Source: Hyphochytrium catenoides (Eukaryota > Protista > Hyphochytriomycota). From it: a DNA stretch of 61,472 nt. Below, piece by piece: positions 40,813-53,965 of the stretch. The number at the start of each line of letters is the position of its first letter. Positions within the stretch are counted from its first letter, which is position 1. A program made the translations under genes and the position numbers. The notes under the pieces were generated by a model, which saw only the letters and a program-made list of their open reading frames with translations, had not been told where the DNA came from and did no database searches. The DNA is taken from positions 1 to 61,472 of the forward strand of contig FLMG01003939.1 of NCBI GenBank assembly GCA_900088475.1. The letters run 5' to 3'.

Positions 40813-42829
40813 CACACATATATCAGGGTGGTCAAGGTGATTCAAAAGCGAACCACCTTTTCGTTAGTTTGGATTCTGCGCATAGGAGCGCTTTGGGGCA
40901 TCCTGCTCCTGTGGGGATTGAAGGCGCAGTTGGTCGCCTTCATCTGCGGTCTCCTGGTCGCTATTCCCGTCCTTCTCCTACTTGTCAGCCTCTTTAATGC
41001 CCTCAAAAGCGTAAGATCTCAGGCTTCAGGCCCCTCGCTGTCCTCACTCTGTCCACATTCTCTCTCCCCCTTATAGCTTTCTACCTATATATCAATCCAT
41101 CTCCTACCTTGCTCCCTATGGGTTCTGTTCTTCCCTTACATAGGAAACTGTTTGGATGGGATCCCTCTTCTCGATCTCTCCTCAAAACCACAGTAGTCCT
41201 CCTTTCCTTCCTCCTTGGTGGCTCTTTCGTTCGGATAGCCTTATCGTCATTCTTCTGAGTTAAACGCCTCTCATCGTTGCTTCCTTAGATCATTATCCAT
41301 CACTACGGCTGGGACCAGGAGACGACTCCCGATGACCACTTCCGCTCGGTCATCGCGAAAGAGAGCGTGGAAGTGCTAAAGTGGGCCACGCTAGTCGTGG
41401 TGATCCTGTTCTTCCTTTCCACTTTCTTCAAAGTTGATCAGTCCATTGTCTCGATCGGAATCTTGGCTATCGAGCTCTCACTTGTATTGGGAGGCTTCAC
41501 GATGGTAGCGCTTGGTATCCTTTCTATTGCCTAAACTCCTGAACAGTCTCTGCTGCCCGGCAATGTTGCTTCAGGCCTGTCCATGGGCTCTAGCTTGTTG
41601 TCATTTAGCACTTTCTCTCTTCTTTCCCAGGAGCTCAGAAAAAAGAGTTGCTACTTCGTTGATCCCTGATATGATTAACCCGTTCCGTTTGGTCTGCGTC
41701 TCCTATGGTATCTGTGTATGTCGTGCTCGCGTTTTATAACCCTGGACAGACCCTTGTTCTCCAACTTCCTTATCAATCTATACTCTCCGCCTGCTTAGTC
41801 CCGGTCCTCTCTCCTCCTAATACTTCTCATTTACGCTGATTTACCGCACTCCATAAGTGACCCTCCCTGTTCTCTGACAGGCGCGTAATAACGTCGGCGG
41901 ACTGAAGCTGGTAGTTGATGACTCTTTCACGACCCTCTCGCGCATCCGCTTCCTCTCCTTTGAGGGAGAGGTTGAAGAGGTCACGCTAGCTTCTACGCTG
42001 CTGAGAACGGAGAGTAAGGCCATCGTGAACTTCCCCAATGGGCTCTTCATGGACTTTCCTCTCTCTAACTTGTCTCATCGACGAAGCAGAATTCTTAAGA
42101 TTATCCTAGGCTTGGCATCAGAGACGTCCTTGCAGCACATGGAAGAAGTAANNNNNNNNNNNNNNNNNNNNNNNNNNNNNNNCAGTCCAGAGTGATGACG
42201 AGAACAGTTTCCTCCAGCGAAAGCTACGGCACACCGGACGCTTCATTTCACGTCTACTCGTCCCCAACGTTTCCTCCATTCTCCTCTCGAATGCAAAAGG
42301 ACTCTCTCGCTGTAGAAGCAGAAGGGTTTTGCACAGACGAGACGCCAGAGCCTTCTCCATCTCCTCCTGCGCATGATATGAGCACTTATAAAAGATGCTT
42401 AGCACGTTTTAGAAAGACCAAAGAGAGTTGGGAGCAGTGGCTGACAGGAGAAGACCTAAGAGCGAAGCAGGGAGAGGAAAGCTCTGAGGGCCGGAGCATG
42501 AATGACGGTCAGCTAGCCATTCAACGCTTTTCTCGGCCTTCCATCTGCTCAGTTACCTTTGACAATCTCAACCGGATCACCTGCATCCTGGATACCTTTG
42601 AGGTTGAAGAACGGGCCTTCAGTCGACGAAAGACAGAGGTAAGGCAATCGAGCTAGGTACTTATTGAAATAAGAGTCAAGAATATGGGGAAGGAGAGGGA
42701 AAGAAGGACGATGCGTCGAATGCTTTTGAGAGAGTTGGGAACGCTGGCGAGAGAGAAAGAGATGGTCAGATATACTGACAGAGAGAACATTGGGCGAGTA
42801 GCAGCACGAACGTCCCGGCCTGTGCTGAA

Positions 42830-42860
<31 letters not shown>

Positions 42861-42892
42861 NNNNNNNNNNNNNNNNNNNNNNNNNNNNNNNN

Positions 42893-42928
<36 letters not shown>

Positions 42929-43051
42929 TTTCTTGCGCAGATACTCCTTACAGTGAATGAGATACTGGAACGACTGCAGGTGCGGGTACTTGGCTCTAAG
43001 ATCTGTTTCGTTGAAGAACAGGGACATTCCCAGGCATGGAAAGGTGGATAG
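40333..43051 (+). CDS. MscS-family mechanosensitive channel
   Basis: Several TM exons, then ARNNVGGLKLVVDDSF...FEGEVEEVTLASTLLRTESKAIVNFPNG..LSNLSHRRSR (TM3 plus beta-domain pattern). It spans two N-gaps. The 3' end is uncertain; an alternative last exon could end near 43392. Confidence 0.75.
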
Positions 43052-44183
43052 ACCGATAGACCCTTTCGTTGCCACGTTTGATCCAGATCGCTGTGCCCAC
43101 AAGGACATAATGAAATTATAGGAAGAGACTCATAGTGGTCGAAGGGGAGCCGTCTTCTTCGCTCAGAGAAAGGTCAGCAAGCCGATGTAGATGCTACTAT
43201 TGGCTGTAGGGCTGGTCTCTTGGAGGACCTGGGGGAGAAGCAATCTTTCTGTTCTCTCCGCTCCAGTTGCAGGCCAAGAGGAGCTACTCCTCTTACCGTT
43301 CTGCCCACTTTGTCCTTAGGAAAGAGGGTTCTACGAGAACTCTTGAGCAGAGAGGACCCAGTGGCGAAAGGAGGCTGATGAAGCCAATGTGACGCCAACT
43401 ATGCGGGGGCTCAGAGAGGAGACAATGGCAAGAAGCTCTCTCCTGCAGCCATCTCCTGCGAGCAAGCCGAAATTTCGGGATCTATGTGTCTTTGAGGACT
43501 CCCTGTCCGTTATCATTGACAACTATTTGGACTATTGAAAGGATGGGAACAGCAAAGGCCTAACTTCTCTTTATTTATGGCACAAGATCAGGGAAAGAGG
43601 TGTCGCTGAACAGAGATATATATGTATACTGTTGGACTCTGTTTTACACCATCACTCCCCTCCAGTCTTTCTCTTTCTCTCCTCCCTCTCTGTCTCTCTC
43701 TCTCTGTCTCCCACACACCCCTCTCTCTGTTCCTATTTCCATCCAAATGCTCCTCTCACTTATCTGAATACCTAGACATATGGCGAGCGACGAAAGTCTC
43801 TCTCCCTGTATGACGGTCCCATGCAAAGATTGCGGGCCCTAGATGGCGTGGGACTATCCCTGGAGAAGCGGACTGAGCGCTGTGCTTGGAAGGCATTTTA
43901 TGGCCCATGACTTGCCGCAGGAATAGGAGGATGCTTGAAGTACTAAGAGATAGCAGTCCTCAAGAAGTGCTATTGACTTCGGTGCTTGAACTCACAGGAG
44001 GAGCATCTAGTCCCCATAATGGGGAGACACAGAGAGGGCGAGAAAGGTGCGCGACAGAAGGCAAAGAAAGGAGGTTAACTGCCAGATTAAGTGCTTATCC
44101 AAGAGATAGAATTGACATAATATGGAGTGCAAACCATGGGTCGGAAGAAGAAGAGAGAGAAATTCTCGTGCCAACCGTTATGC

Positions 44184-45791
44184 TCATAGATCATAAGTCT
44201 GAAAGCTAAGAAGCTCAAAGTACTCACCTTCCATGACGGCATCTTGATCAGCAGCTGACGCACTCTCTGTCTGTGCTGGCGCTTCCCCTTCTGTTCCATT
44301 TTCTAAAGGACCGCCACTCTCTTCTCCTCCTTCCTCTCCTGCTCCTTCCTCCTCGTCCCTCTTTTCCTCTCTCTCTGATTTGTCTCCTCTCCGTGAGTGG
44401 CTTCTCTGCTCGGCATCCTCCATATCGTCGTCCTCTTCTCCCTTTAGAGCCTCAGCCATTTCCTCTTCCTCCCCTTCCGATTCTTCTGCCCTTGCCTTTG
44501 CGTCTCTTTCCTCCTCTTCTTCCTCCTTCTTTTCATCTTCAATCGTCCTTTTTAGGTCAAATATTCCATGAAGGAGCGAATGGACTTGTTTCTTTCTGAG
44601 CTCCATGAGGTCTGAGAGCTTCGCCCGCTTATCTTCCACCTCAGCCATCTGCCTCTTAAGGCTATCCACTTCGCTATAATAGGCGGAATGTGTCAGTCAG
44701 TGCCATTCTTATAAGCAGACTTAAATAACAGGCAAAGATAGGAATGCGTACGAAGAGAGAGGAAGCCTTGACAAACATACTACGGAGCCATTCATTGACA
44801 CGGCAGTCACAAGGGGCAGCTGAGGAAGCGGATAACGCAACGGCAAGTTACGATGGAGGTAGTACATTTTTGAAGAGGGAGGCTGCAAGAGTNNNNNNNN
44901 NNATTGACCGCGCCAGAGATTCATATTCTTCTTTCCTTTGTCTTATCACTCTCTCGTCCTTCAGCTTCTGCTTCAATGTCGTGATGTGCTGCGAGGTACG
45001 AGAGATGGCCTCTCCTAAACGTCATCAAGCAAGATAACGGAGAGAAAGAGGGACAGATAGAGGGCAAAGAGAAAGAAGTCAGTGCCAGAGAGTTCAAACG
45101 GTTTGAAGAAGCGGTCTAGGGGTCTAACTCTTGAAGAAGGCCGCTCATAGAGCCATTAACAGGCAGACAGAGTAGCATGGAGCGAGTAAACTAGCGTGAA
45201 AGAGCCTAACAGATAGTCTATGCCCACATAAATGCCTCCACGTTACCTATCTGTCTATCCTCCTCTGCATATCTGTCGATCTCACTGACGCAAGTGTTCT
45301 TCACTATCTCTGCCTTGGAAACCTCAAACTTGAAGAGCTCTATCTCTCGCAGTAGAGACTCTAGATAGCTTTGGCTAACCATAGAGCAGGGGTAGGGATA
45401 GTAAGAAGTCGGACATGACGCCGGCACATTGTGCTTTTTTCTTGCCCTCTTCTTATCCCATCCTCACCTGTCATCCTCAGGCTGCTGCAGACTATCCTGG
45501 AAAGCCAACCAGGCGGATGTGACAGTCTTCAACGAAGGATTCTTTCCCAGAACTGTGGCGCCAGTAAGGAGCCGAGGTTGGACTATTTGTTCTGTCGAAG
45601 AGGGAGCCCGTGGGTAAGCTTGCGCGAGAGAGCGACCAACAAGCAATAGAGAACAAACAAGAAAATAAAAGCTGGCCCTCATGAGTTCTTCAGCTCAGCA
45701 AATCCTCTTCCCCAGTCGTACGTAGAATGCGCTCTCCAACGCACTAAAGCACTGATAATGAGGTGACATGCAGCTTACCGTCTTCGTTCAT
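44184..45791 (-). CDS. THOC7: THO complex subunit 7 (Mft1-like)
   Basis: MNED|EQIVQPRLL, EIELFKFEVSK, ERVIRQRKEEYESLA, MELRKKQVHSLLHGIFDL, then an acidic tail. The last codons are uncertain because of a possible GTGAGT donor near 44228. Confidence 0.85.
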
Positions 45792-46739
45792 GGTGGGCAA
45801 GGTCAGGGCTATGTACCCGGAGCATATACTCTGTCAGCCGGTGTGGAGCGCGTTCACTTTCGTCAATCCAACCAGTAATTTTTGTATCTTCGCCACGGAA
45901 CCCGCACTTGCGCCCCCTATCCCCTGCTTTGATCCTTGCGTTAGATTGCCACTTTGTTTCCTTACACGTGGTCAGACTATCCAAAGAGAGAAGGAGCTAG
46001 AGGGGCTACTTTTTTCCAATCTCCGGATGCGAATGCGAGGCTCATCTCCTGATCCTCATCTCTGGATCGTACAGTAGCAAAAATCCAATAATCTCAACAG
46101 TGCTGTCCCCAGATCATCTATGATAACCGATTGATCTGATTAATCATTACGCCAAGAGTGTACAACACTGTGATGCAGTAGGCACTGAAACTCACTACGA
46201 CTACGGGGCATTGATCTGCAGGTCTGCTTGAGTGAAGCTACGACCTGCGGCGGTAGATGAAGGACTAACTAGTACTTCTATCATTGTACTCTTTTCCCCT
46301 CCACTAAGCGATATCGGTTACTACCCATTCTTCCGGCAATTGGCAACCCGGTGCTTAAATGCAAGCGCTAGCTGCTCTTCCGCATCCTACTTTCCTGCTG
46401 TGTCAAACCTAGGACTCTCTTTACCTCTCTGTCCCACGATATAGGTCTCCTCAGAGGAGGGTGATCCAGACTACTGTTGCGTAGCGTAACTATATACTTA
46501 TCCTAACACGCAGGTAGAGTGGGCCACGATGTTAGGAGGTGAGAGACAACGAAAGCCGCAATCTACTTATCCCAATGTAGGTTGATAGATAGGCCAGCGT
46601 CAGATACCTGTTTAGGTAAGAGTCGAACGGAAGAGGAAGAACCCCCAGAGGGAAAGCTCAAAAGCGCTGCTGGCTAAGCATGACCCAGGATCAGGACGGC
46701 TTCATGGCAAATAAAGATAAACGAAGCAGAGCTAGAGCA

Positions 46740-47706
46740 CTATCTAAAACATGCTAGAGTCTGCATGTAGTTCCTCAGCTGTGTGATGAAGAGCTTGGAA
46801 GCGATAGGTGTGCTCTCCTGTACGTTGTGTAGAGGATTCTTCGCTACATACTCCACATAAATATTTGAATATATGTACTTCAAACTAGCCTGCACAGGAA
46901 AATAGTAAAGAAGAGAAGTGCACTGTTAGAGGCGACGATGCACAATAAAGGATCTGCTGCAGGACAGGCTGAACCATGGCAGGGAGGTAGGGTTGGGCTC
47001 CTCAGTAGTAAGCTATGAATGCATTGGGCAGAACCGAGAGTAAAGCGAAGAAATTGGTGAGTATAGAGATGAAAACACGCAGAGATAAAGGGGTGCGGTA
47101 AGCCGTTACTACAGGGCATGAGATGTAGTGCATAAGAGTGTGAGGATTAGATGAAGAACCTGAAGGTCTCCGGCATCTCTATCAGTGTTGAGAATGAAAC
47201 GCAGTCCACTCGGTGTCTCATAATGGTGTAAAACGTATGACTTCGTCCGCAAACACCGTAAGCCGTCGATAGGACTAAGTAGAAGTTAAGGAGCAAGCCC
47301 CAATTCTATGTACTAACCAGGACAGAGTGCTAGCCAGATGACGAGACATAGGTGGGGTGTAGTGTCAAAACTCCACTTACCTTAAAAATTGAAAAAAACA
47401 GAGTGTAAATAGACAGGAGAAAAGAAACGGAGACAAGGAATGAAGCCGAGAAGTGGGGGATGGGCCTTGAAGGGTGTAAGGATACGGTCTTGGTGACATT
47501 TTCTTGACAAATTCCTTCAGGGAGAAGACTAGCCCAAACATCAGCCTCTTGTCCTCTTCAGGATCATCTGAGAGAGTGTTCTACATCATGCTTAGCATCT
47601 ACAAGTATCTTTGTTAAAGTCAAGCCTTGCCCACCTGGGGTCTATTCCATTCATCGTAGTAAAGGCATGCGCCTTTTCGATTGAAGATGTAGAAGTTATA
47701 GATCAT
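46740..47706 (-). CDS. TRAPPC1: TRAPP complex subunit 1 (Bet5), 4 exons; not in the ORF track
   Basis: MIYNFYIFNRKGACLYYDEWNRPQ|NTLSDDPEEDKRLMFGLVFSLKEFVKKMSP, YVLHHYETPSGLRFILNTD, IYSNIYVEYVAKNPL, ending QLRNYMQTLACFR*. Confidence 0.93.
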
Positions 47707-48342
47707 CCCTTTATGGCGCAGCGGCAGTCCTACTTCTTCAACGTGGAGTGCAAGCAACTACGGGCCATACCCTCATCAGCGCATCGACGAAGGAGATCTA
47801 ACCAGCAGGCATCCCTCTACTCTACTGATCACTACCAAGCCAGGGCCTTGCTGCATTACGAGACACAGCGACACAGCAGATTTTCTTCGCGTCATAGAGC
47901 TCAACCTCACACCATCTTATGATGAATGATGAAGCTTCGCCATGTAGTTACCTACAGAAAATCTAAAGTAAGGTTTTTCCTTATGATTACTGTATCTAAG
48001 GTGGGACGAATCACTGAACTTGTCAATTGACTGTGCCCACCCATCCCCCGCCTTCACTTCCTCACGCTCTCCTTTTGTAAGGCCAATCTATCGGCAGAGA
48101 GAGGCGCGAGGCTGACCACCAGAGCACCAGGCGAAGACAGAGCTGGAAGTCAATAAAATGAGAACAAAGACGCTGTCGATCTCTGTATCCAAGGTCAGCT
48201 TGGCGTTCGGACAATAATCTCCAGATAAAAAGACCGTCTTCAGGGACCTCTCACGTGCTTTCCAGCTTTACGAGGGCTCTCTCAGCTAAGTCAGAGGTTT
48301 AGGAGAGGCATTCCGGTTATCGGACACTAGTAACAGGGAAAG

Positions 48343-48785
48343 ATGTCATCAAACATTGTACTGAAGACCACCCCTCTGGACCCACGCTTCCCCAACCAGA
48401 ACCAGGCTCAGCACTGCTGGTCAAGATACAACGAGTATGTCATCTGCCTTAAAAAGACGGATGGCGATGAAGATAGCTGTGACAAGGCAAAGAGATATGC
48501 AAAGGCCATTTGCCCGCTCGAATACGTAAGTCGTCACTTGCCTCGTTAACACGTTTACATTGCCTGCACACTGTGATGTTATTGTGGTCTCTCTCGTTTG
48601 GGAGTACGGAGTTGCTTTTTACCTATACAGCTCCTCGGAGCTGAAGTGACAGTCAAATCTATTATACCCTGCAGCATGATTGGCAGAAAACCTAACGCAC
48701 CTTTCTTTCTTTCTTCGTTCCGCAGATTGAAAGATGGGACGAGGAACGCGAGGCTGGTACGTTCGCAGGAGTAAAGTACCCTTAG
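48343..48785 (+). CDS. COX6B: Cytochrome c oxidase subunit 6B, 2 exons
   Basis: TTPLDPRFPNQNQAQHCWSRYNEY, four Cys, ICPLEY|IERWDEEREAGTFAG. Confidence 0.96.
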
Positions 48786-49348
48786 GGAACCAGCCATGTA
48801 CGCTACCACGAAGCCTTTTTAGTCAATCCGGAAACATTTCTAGCTCTCCTAGCTTCCGGTATCACGCATAACGAAGTAACGGAAACAAGTTCACACACTA
48901 TTCATCAATCTATAGCTTCTTCGAAACCCTTCCATAATATAGCCAGGTACCTGCAAGGGATTAGTCAGCCTTGCAAGCGAGGAGTAGGGGTTAAGATATG
49001 GAGTTAGGGCCCTGAAGAAGCTACGGATGGTCTTTCTTGGGTGGGGAGAGAGAAAAGAGGGGATGGAGAGTGTAGGTAATATCACGAACCCCTCACTGCT
49101 ATGGAGCTTGGCAAGCCCATCACTTACGGTTTTAAGACAAGAAGGTGCGCCACCATATGCCTAGAGTAGAATGGTACGGGAAAGGACTGGAAAGGCTTGT
49201 TGAGCAATACGGCAATGTCGCAGGTATTCACCTCCGCACATCTAGGAACTACTCTTCCCTTACCCGCATGATGTGCGTTACGAATATAGCTGAACAAATT
49301 AAGGCTCTAGGAAGATGTATGCGTAGGTACTCCTGAAGTCTGGCTGAG

Positions 49349-49468
49349 ATCAGGAAGGGAAGACGGCTACCACCTTGTAACAGCACGTTTAAGAACAACT
49401 TCCTGGTATCAGAAAGGGAAGTACGGCTACCATCTAAGAGCACACTTAAGAACAACTTCCTGGTATCA
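49349..49468. repeat. Tandem direct repeat, about 58-bp unit x2
   Basis: TTAAGAACAACTTCCTGGTATCA and AAGGGAAG..ACGGCTACCA each occur twice. Confidence 0.85.
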
Positions 49469-49636
49469 TTCCGATGTAGGGTGTACTAGATCGCCCTTAG
49501 TTAGTTAGCAAGAAGAGATCCATGTACCTAATATTGTCAGTCTCTCCAGAGAAGTGAAGCTAGAATGAATGACGATTGTACAACCAAATGGGTCTCCGTT
49601 TATTTTGCTTCCCCTCCTGACTGTGATGCTACACTC

Positions 49637-50625
<989 letters not shown>

Positions 50626-51194
50626 GATTCCTAGTCTTCAGTCTGTGGACTCTGCAAGGATGCGGAGATGTCAGGAAGTGCCGCCGCGTTTAGGAGGTGC
50701 AGTCTCAGCATCCAGATGGAGACACAAAGAGAGCGCGAAGGTCATTGCTCCAGCCATCCTGCGCCACCAGAGCCGCCGCCACTCATCCACAGATACCAAA
50801 TACTATAGGCTACTTTTTTCCTTTGAAGAGAGTACATACTTGAATTTCCCTTCAAGGAGCTTTATACTAAATTCAATTAAATGGCGATTCTACGAATGGT
50901 AATCTCAGTAAGATCAAGAATAAAAAGTGAGAGCATCCGATATAATGAGATCTCATCAAAGGGCCTCTAACGGCTAACAATCAATAGATCGCTAACGTCT
51001 AGAAACCGTCCTTGAAGAGAAATCTTCAATCTTCAAGCTTCACTCCAGATCCTCAGAGATCCTCAGAACATCTTCATGCTTTGCTTCCAACTATCTATCA
51101 ACAGGCTCCATTCCTTTGAGGAGGCAGAAAGCCAGATGTATCGCATCGCACAGATCCAATTCCTCTCCGTGCAGCTTTGCCTGGCAGCAGATCG

Positions 51195-51260
51195 CCGGAA
51201 ACCCGCCAGGAAGAGGCCGGAAACCCACTAGGGAGAGTCCGGCAACCCACCAGGGAGAGG
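51195..51260. repeat. 22-bp tandem repeat x3 upstream of the CBM9-like gene
   Basis: CCGGAAACCCGCCAGGAAGAGG / CCGGAAACCCACTAGGGAGAGT / CCGGCAACCCACCAGGGAGAGG. Confidence 0.85.
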
Positions 51261-51287
51261 GAGATAGGAGACTTGATTGGCGGATAG

Positions 51288-52454
51288 ATGGAGCCAAGAA
51301 TCCAGAGAAACGAGCCCCAGCAGTATGCTTGCCGGAAAACTTCTGTCCAGCCTAATCTTGATGGCACTCTTACTAGCCCAGCCTGGGAGCAAGCTGATTG
51401 GAGCGAGTACTTTGTTGATATAGTGGGAAGCGGCATTTCCGGACGACTCGAACCTCGTTATAAAACAAGAGTCAAGATGTTGTGGGTGCGGTTCTTCTTG
51501 GCGACATCACCTACTTTCGTAGCACTGAGGCTGTGATGCTTTTGCGCCACCCCAAGCGTTGGTGGCTCTGCTACTCGAGTTTGGCCTTCGCTTTTAGTTC
51601 CATCTCCACCGTTTGCCTCTATTCCTATTACTAACCAGGGGCCCATATTCTGTATGTGTGTCCTCAATCCTTACGTAGGATAATAAATACTTCTACGTCG
51701 GTGCAGAAATGGAAGAGCCGCACGTTTGGAACTACCTCTCAGAAAAGAATAGTACACTTTACTGGGAGAACGATTTTGAGGTTTTCATAGATCCAGATGA
51801 TGATGGAGAAAACTACTACGAGTTTGAGATGAATGCGCTAAACACTATATGGGAGTTGACACTCAACAAGCCGTATAACAAGGGTGGAGTAGCGACGCAT
51901 CCGACGAACTTGGAGGGCCTCAAATCCGCAGTCAATATCAAGGGCACGATCAACGATCCATCCGACATTGACAAAGGGTGGACTGTGGAGATTGCCTTTC
52001 CGTGGTCAGGTAAGCTGGGCGGGATTGGTAGGAAAGGGTCTTTGAAGCGAGAACTGTTGCCTAAGTTGGAGGCTGTGACCCGCATTGACAAAAAGGCAAG
52101 AACGTAGAGAACAGTGGTATAGTATGGCGACGCAAGGATAGCGCTATGGCGGGCAGCAGAGTACTGGGCCACTGTTCTCTCAAGACTCATATGAATTTGA
52201 CCTTCAAAGGGCTCGCCAAGTACAACTTGAAGGGATCGAGGTCGACCCCACCGACTAGTGGAGATCTTTGGAGAGTGAACTTTTCGCGAGTAGAATGGCG
52301 GCATAAAATTGAAGGAGAAAAGTACAAGCGAGTACCAGAAGACAATCCAAAGGACTACACGGAGCACCCTGAGGACAACTGGGTGTGGTCTGCTCAAGGA
52401 GAGATTAATATGCACATTCCGGAGCGATGGGGCTTTGTAACCTTCCTTGACTGA
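51288..52454 (+). CDS. Stand-alone carbohydrate-binding family 9-like (DOMON-like) protein, 3 exons
   Basis: PNLDGTL..AW, TRVKMLW|DNKYFYVGAEMEEP, NDFEVFIDPDDDGENYYEFEMNALNT, WTVEIAFPW, WRVNFSRVEW and DNWVWS..MHIPERWG, all typical of bacterial CBM9-like proteins. Exons 51288-51485, 51679-52009 and 52210-52454. Confidence 0.85.
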
Positions 52455-53221
52455 CGATAGGCTCCAGACACTTTGTACATTAGCAGCTTCAAAGCTTGTA
52501 TAAAGCAGTGCTAACTTCATAGTTCAACTTATGTGAAGCGTGGCCATAGACCGTACTCAAGTAACAATTTTGCAGACATATTTCCCGCAAGCTGTTCATC
52601 ATTATGAGCCTGTGATGTGCAATCATTGTCCAATCCTGTTCTGTCCTCTGGTCAACCTTCTCGTCAACTAGTTGGTCTAGAGGAGGAGAGAGGGCTAAAA
52701 AATAAAGATACGTCAAGGCAACGCTCTGCCAAAGGGATCGCTCAGTAATATAGTAGCGTCCGTTCTTCAATGCCCATCACTTATTATAAATTCTTCTCTT
52801 CAGATGAATCTTTCTTCCTGACGAAGCCAATCGTCGATTGGATGCCATGGCACAGGCCAACCCCATCTTCCTTGAGCTTCTCATTGTCATCATAAGAAGG
52901 AAGCTGCCTGCTCATGGCTCTACTTCCTTGTTGACATACAAAGACCCAAAGGAAAATGGAAAGAGATTTATTGAGCATCATCATCAATCATCATTAACCC
53001 TCCTAGGGCTTTAAAGGTTAACCTCCTTAAACTAGACAAGGTCATTAAAGGACCTTTTGTGTAGTGTAAGCCAAAGATGTAGCCGGTAAAGGGACATAAT
53101 TGTTCGCGTATTACTACGGCTATGAGCTGTTGAATTTTATGTATAGCGTGTGTTGAGGGTTTGTATTACTACTGCCGTATCCAGCGATGGAGGGAACGAT
53201 CTGTGGTCCGGTGGTCTCGGG

Positions 53222-53370
53222 NNNNNNNNNNNNNNNNNNNNNNNNNNNNNNNNNNNNNNNNNNNNNNNNNNNNNNNNNNNNNNNNNNNNNNNNNNNNNNN
53301 NNNNNNNNNNNNNNNNNNNNNNNNNNNNNNNNNNNNNNNNNNNNNNNNNNNNNNNNNNNNNNNNNNNNNN
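53222..53370. other. Largest assembly gap (others at 7050, 11069, 13763, 42152, 42861 and 44893)
   Basis: Runs of N, several adjacent to microsatellites. Confidence 0.99.
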
Positions 53371-53726
53371 GAGGGAGAAAGAGTGAGAGAGAGAGAGAGA
53401 GAGGGAGAGAGAGAGAGAAGGAGAGAGAGAGGTAAGGGAGAATATAAGGAGGTAGGAGGCAAGAGAGAGAAACGAAGTGGACACCTACGATAAGAAACCG
53501 AGAGAGAGAGGGAGAGAGATCCTACCCAACAAGCTATGGTTTAGAAGATGCAATGGACCGGAAAGAATCCTTGGTGTGCATCCACAAGAGAGAGAGGAGA
53601 GGAGAGAAAGAAGCGGGAGAGCTGGCCGCGCTTGCAAGAAGATTCACAGGCACCTGCGGAGCCCTTCATTCCTCTGACAGTCAAGCTTCAGCCGACCTTC
53701 AGCGCCTTCACAGAGATTGAGGAACC

Positions 53727-53920
53727 ATGACCCTGGTAAGCCGAGGGAAGAGACACGGGAAACAAGATATAAACTTGGGGAGAATGCGTGAGAAAGGAGA
53801 GACCTCCGCATCGAGACGAGAGATCCTTTCCACCCTTTCCCTAAAATCTCTGCTGTCCCTAATTGTGATCTGCCCAGCCTCTCTCGGCAGCCAAGCTTGA
53901 CCTTCTCTTTCTTCCTTTCT

Positions 53921-53965
<45 letters not shown>

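Noticed and set aside
51816-52520. 234-aa antisense ORF over the CBM9-like gene
   Set aside because: It is a shadow ORF of the real plus-strand gene and has no motif.
52784-52987. 67-aa minus-strand ORF with a hydrophobic N-terminus
   Set aside because: No recognisable motif or splice support, and the start is non-ATG or within an ATG triplet repeat.
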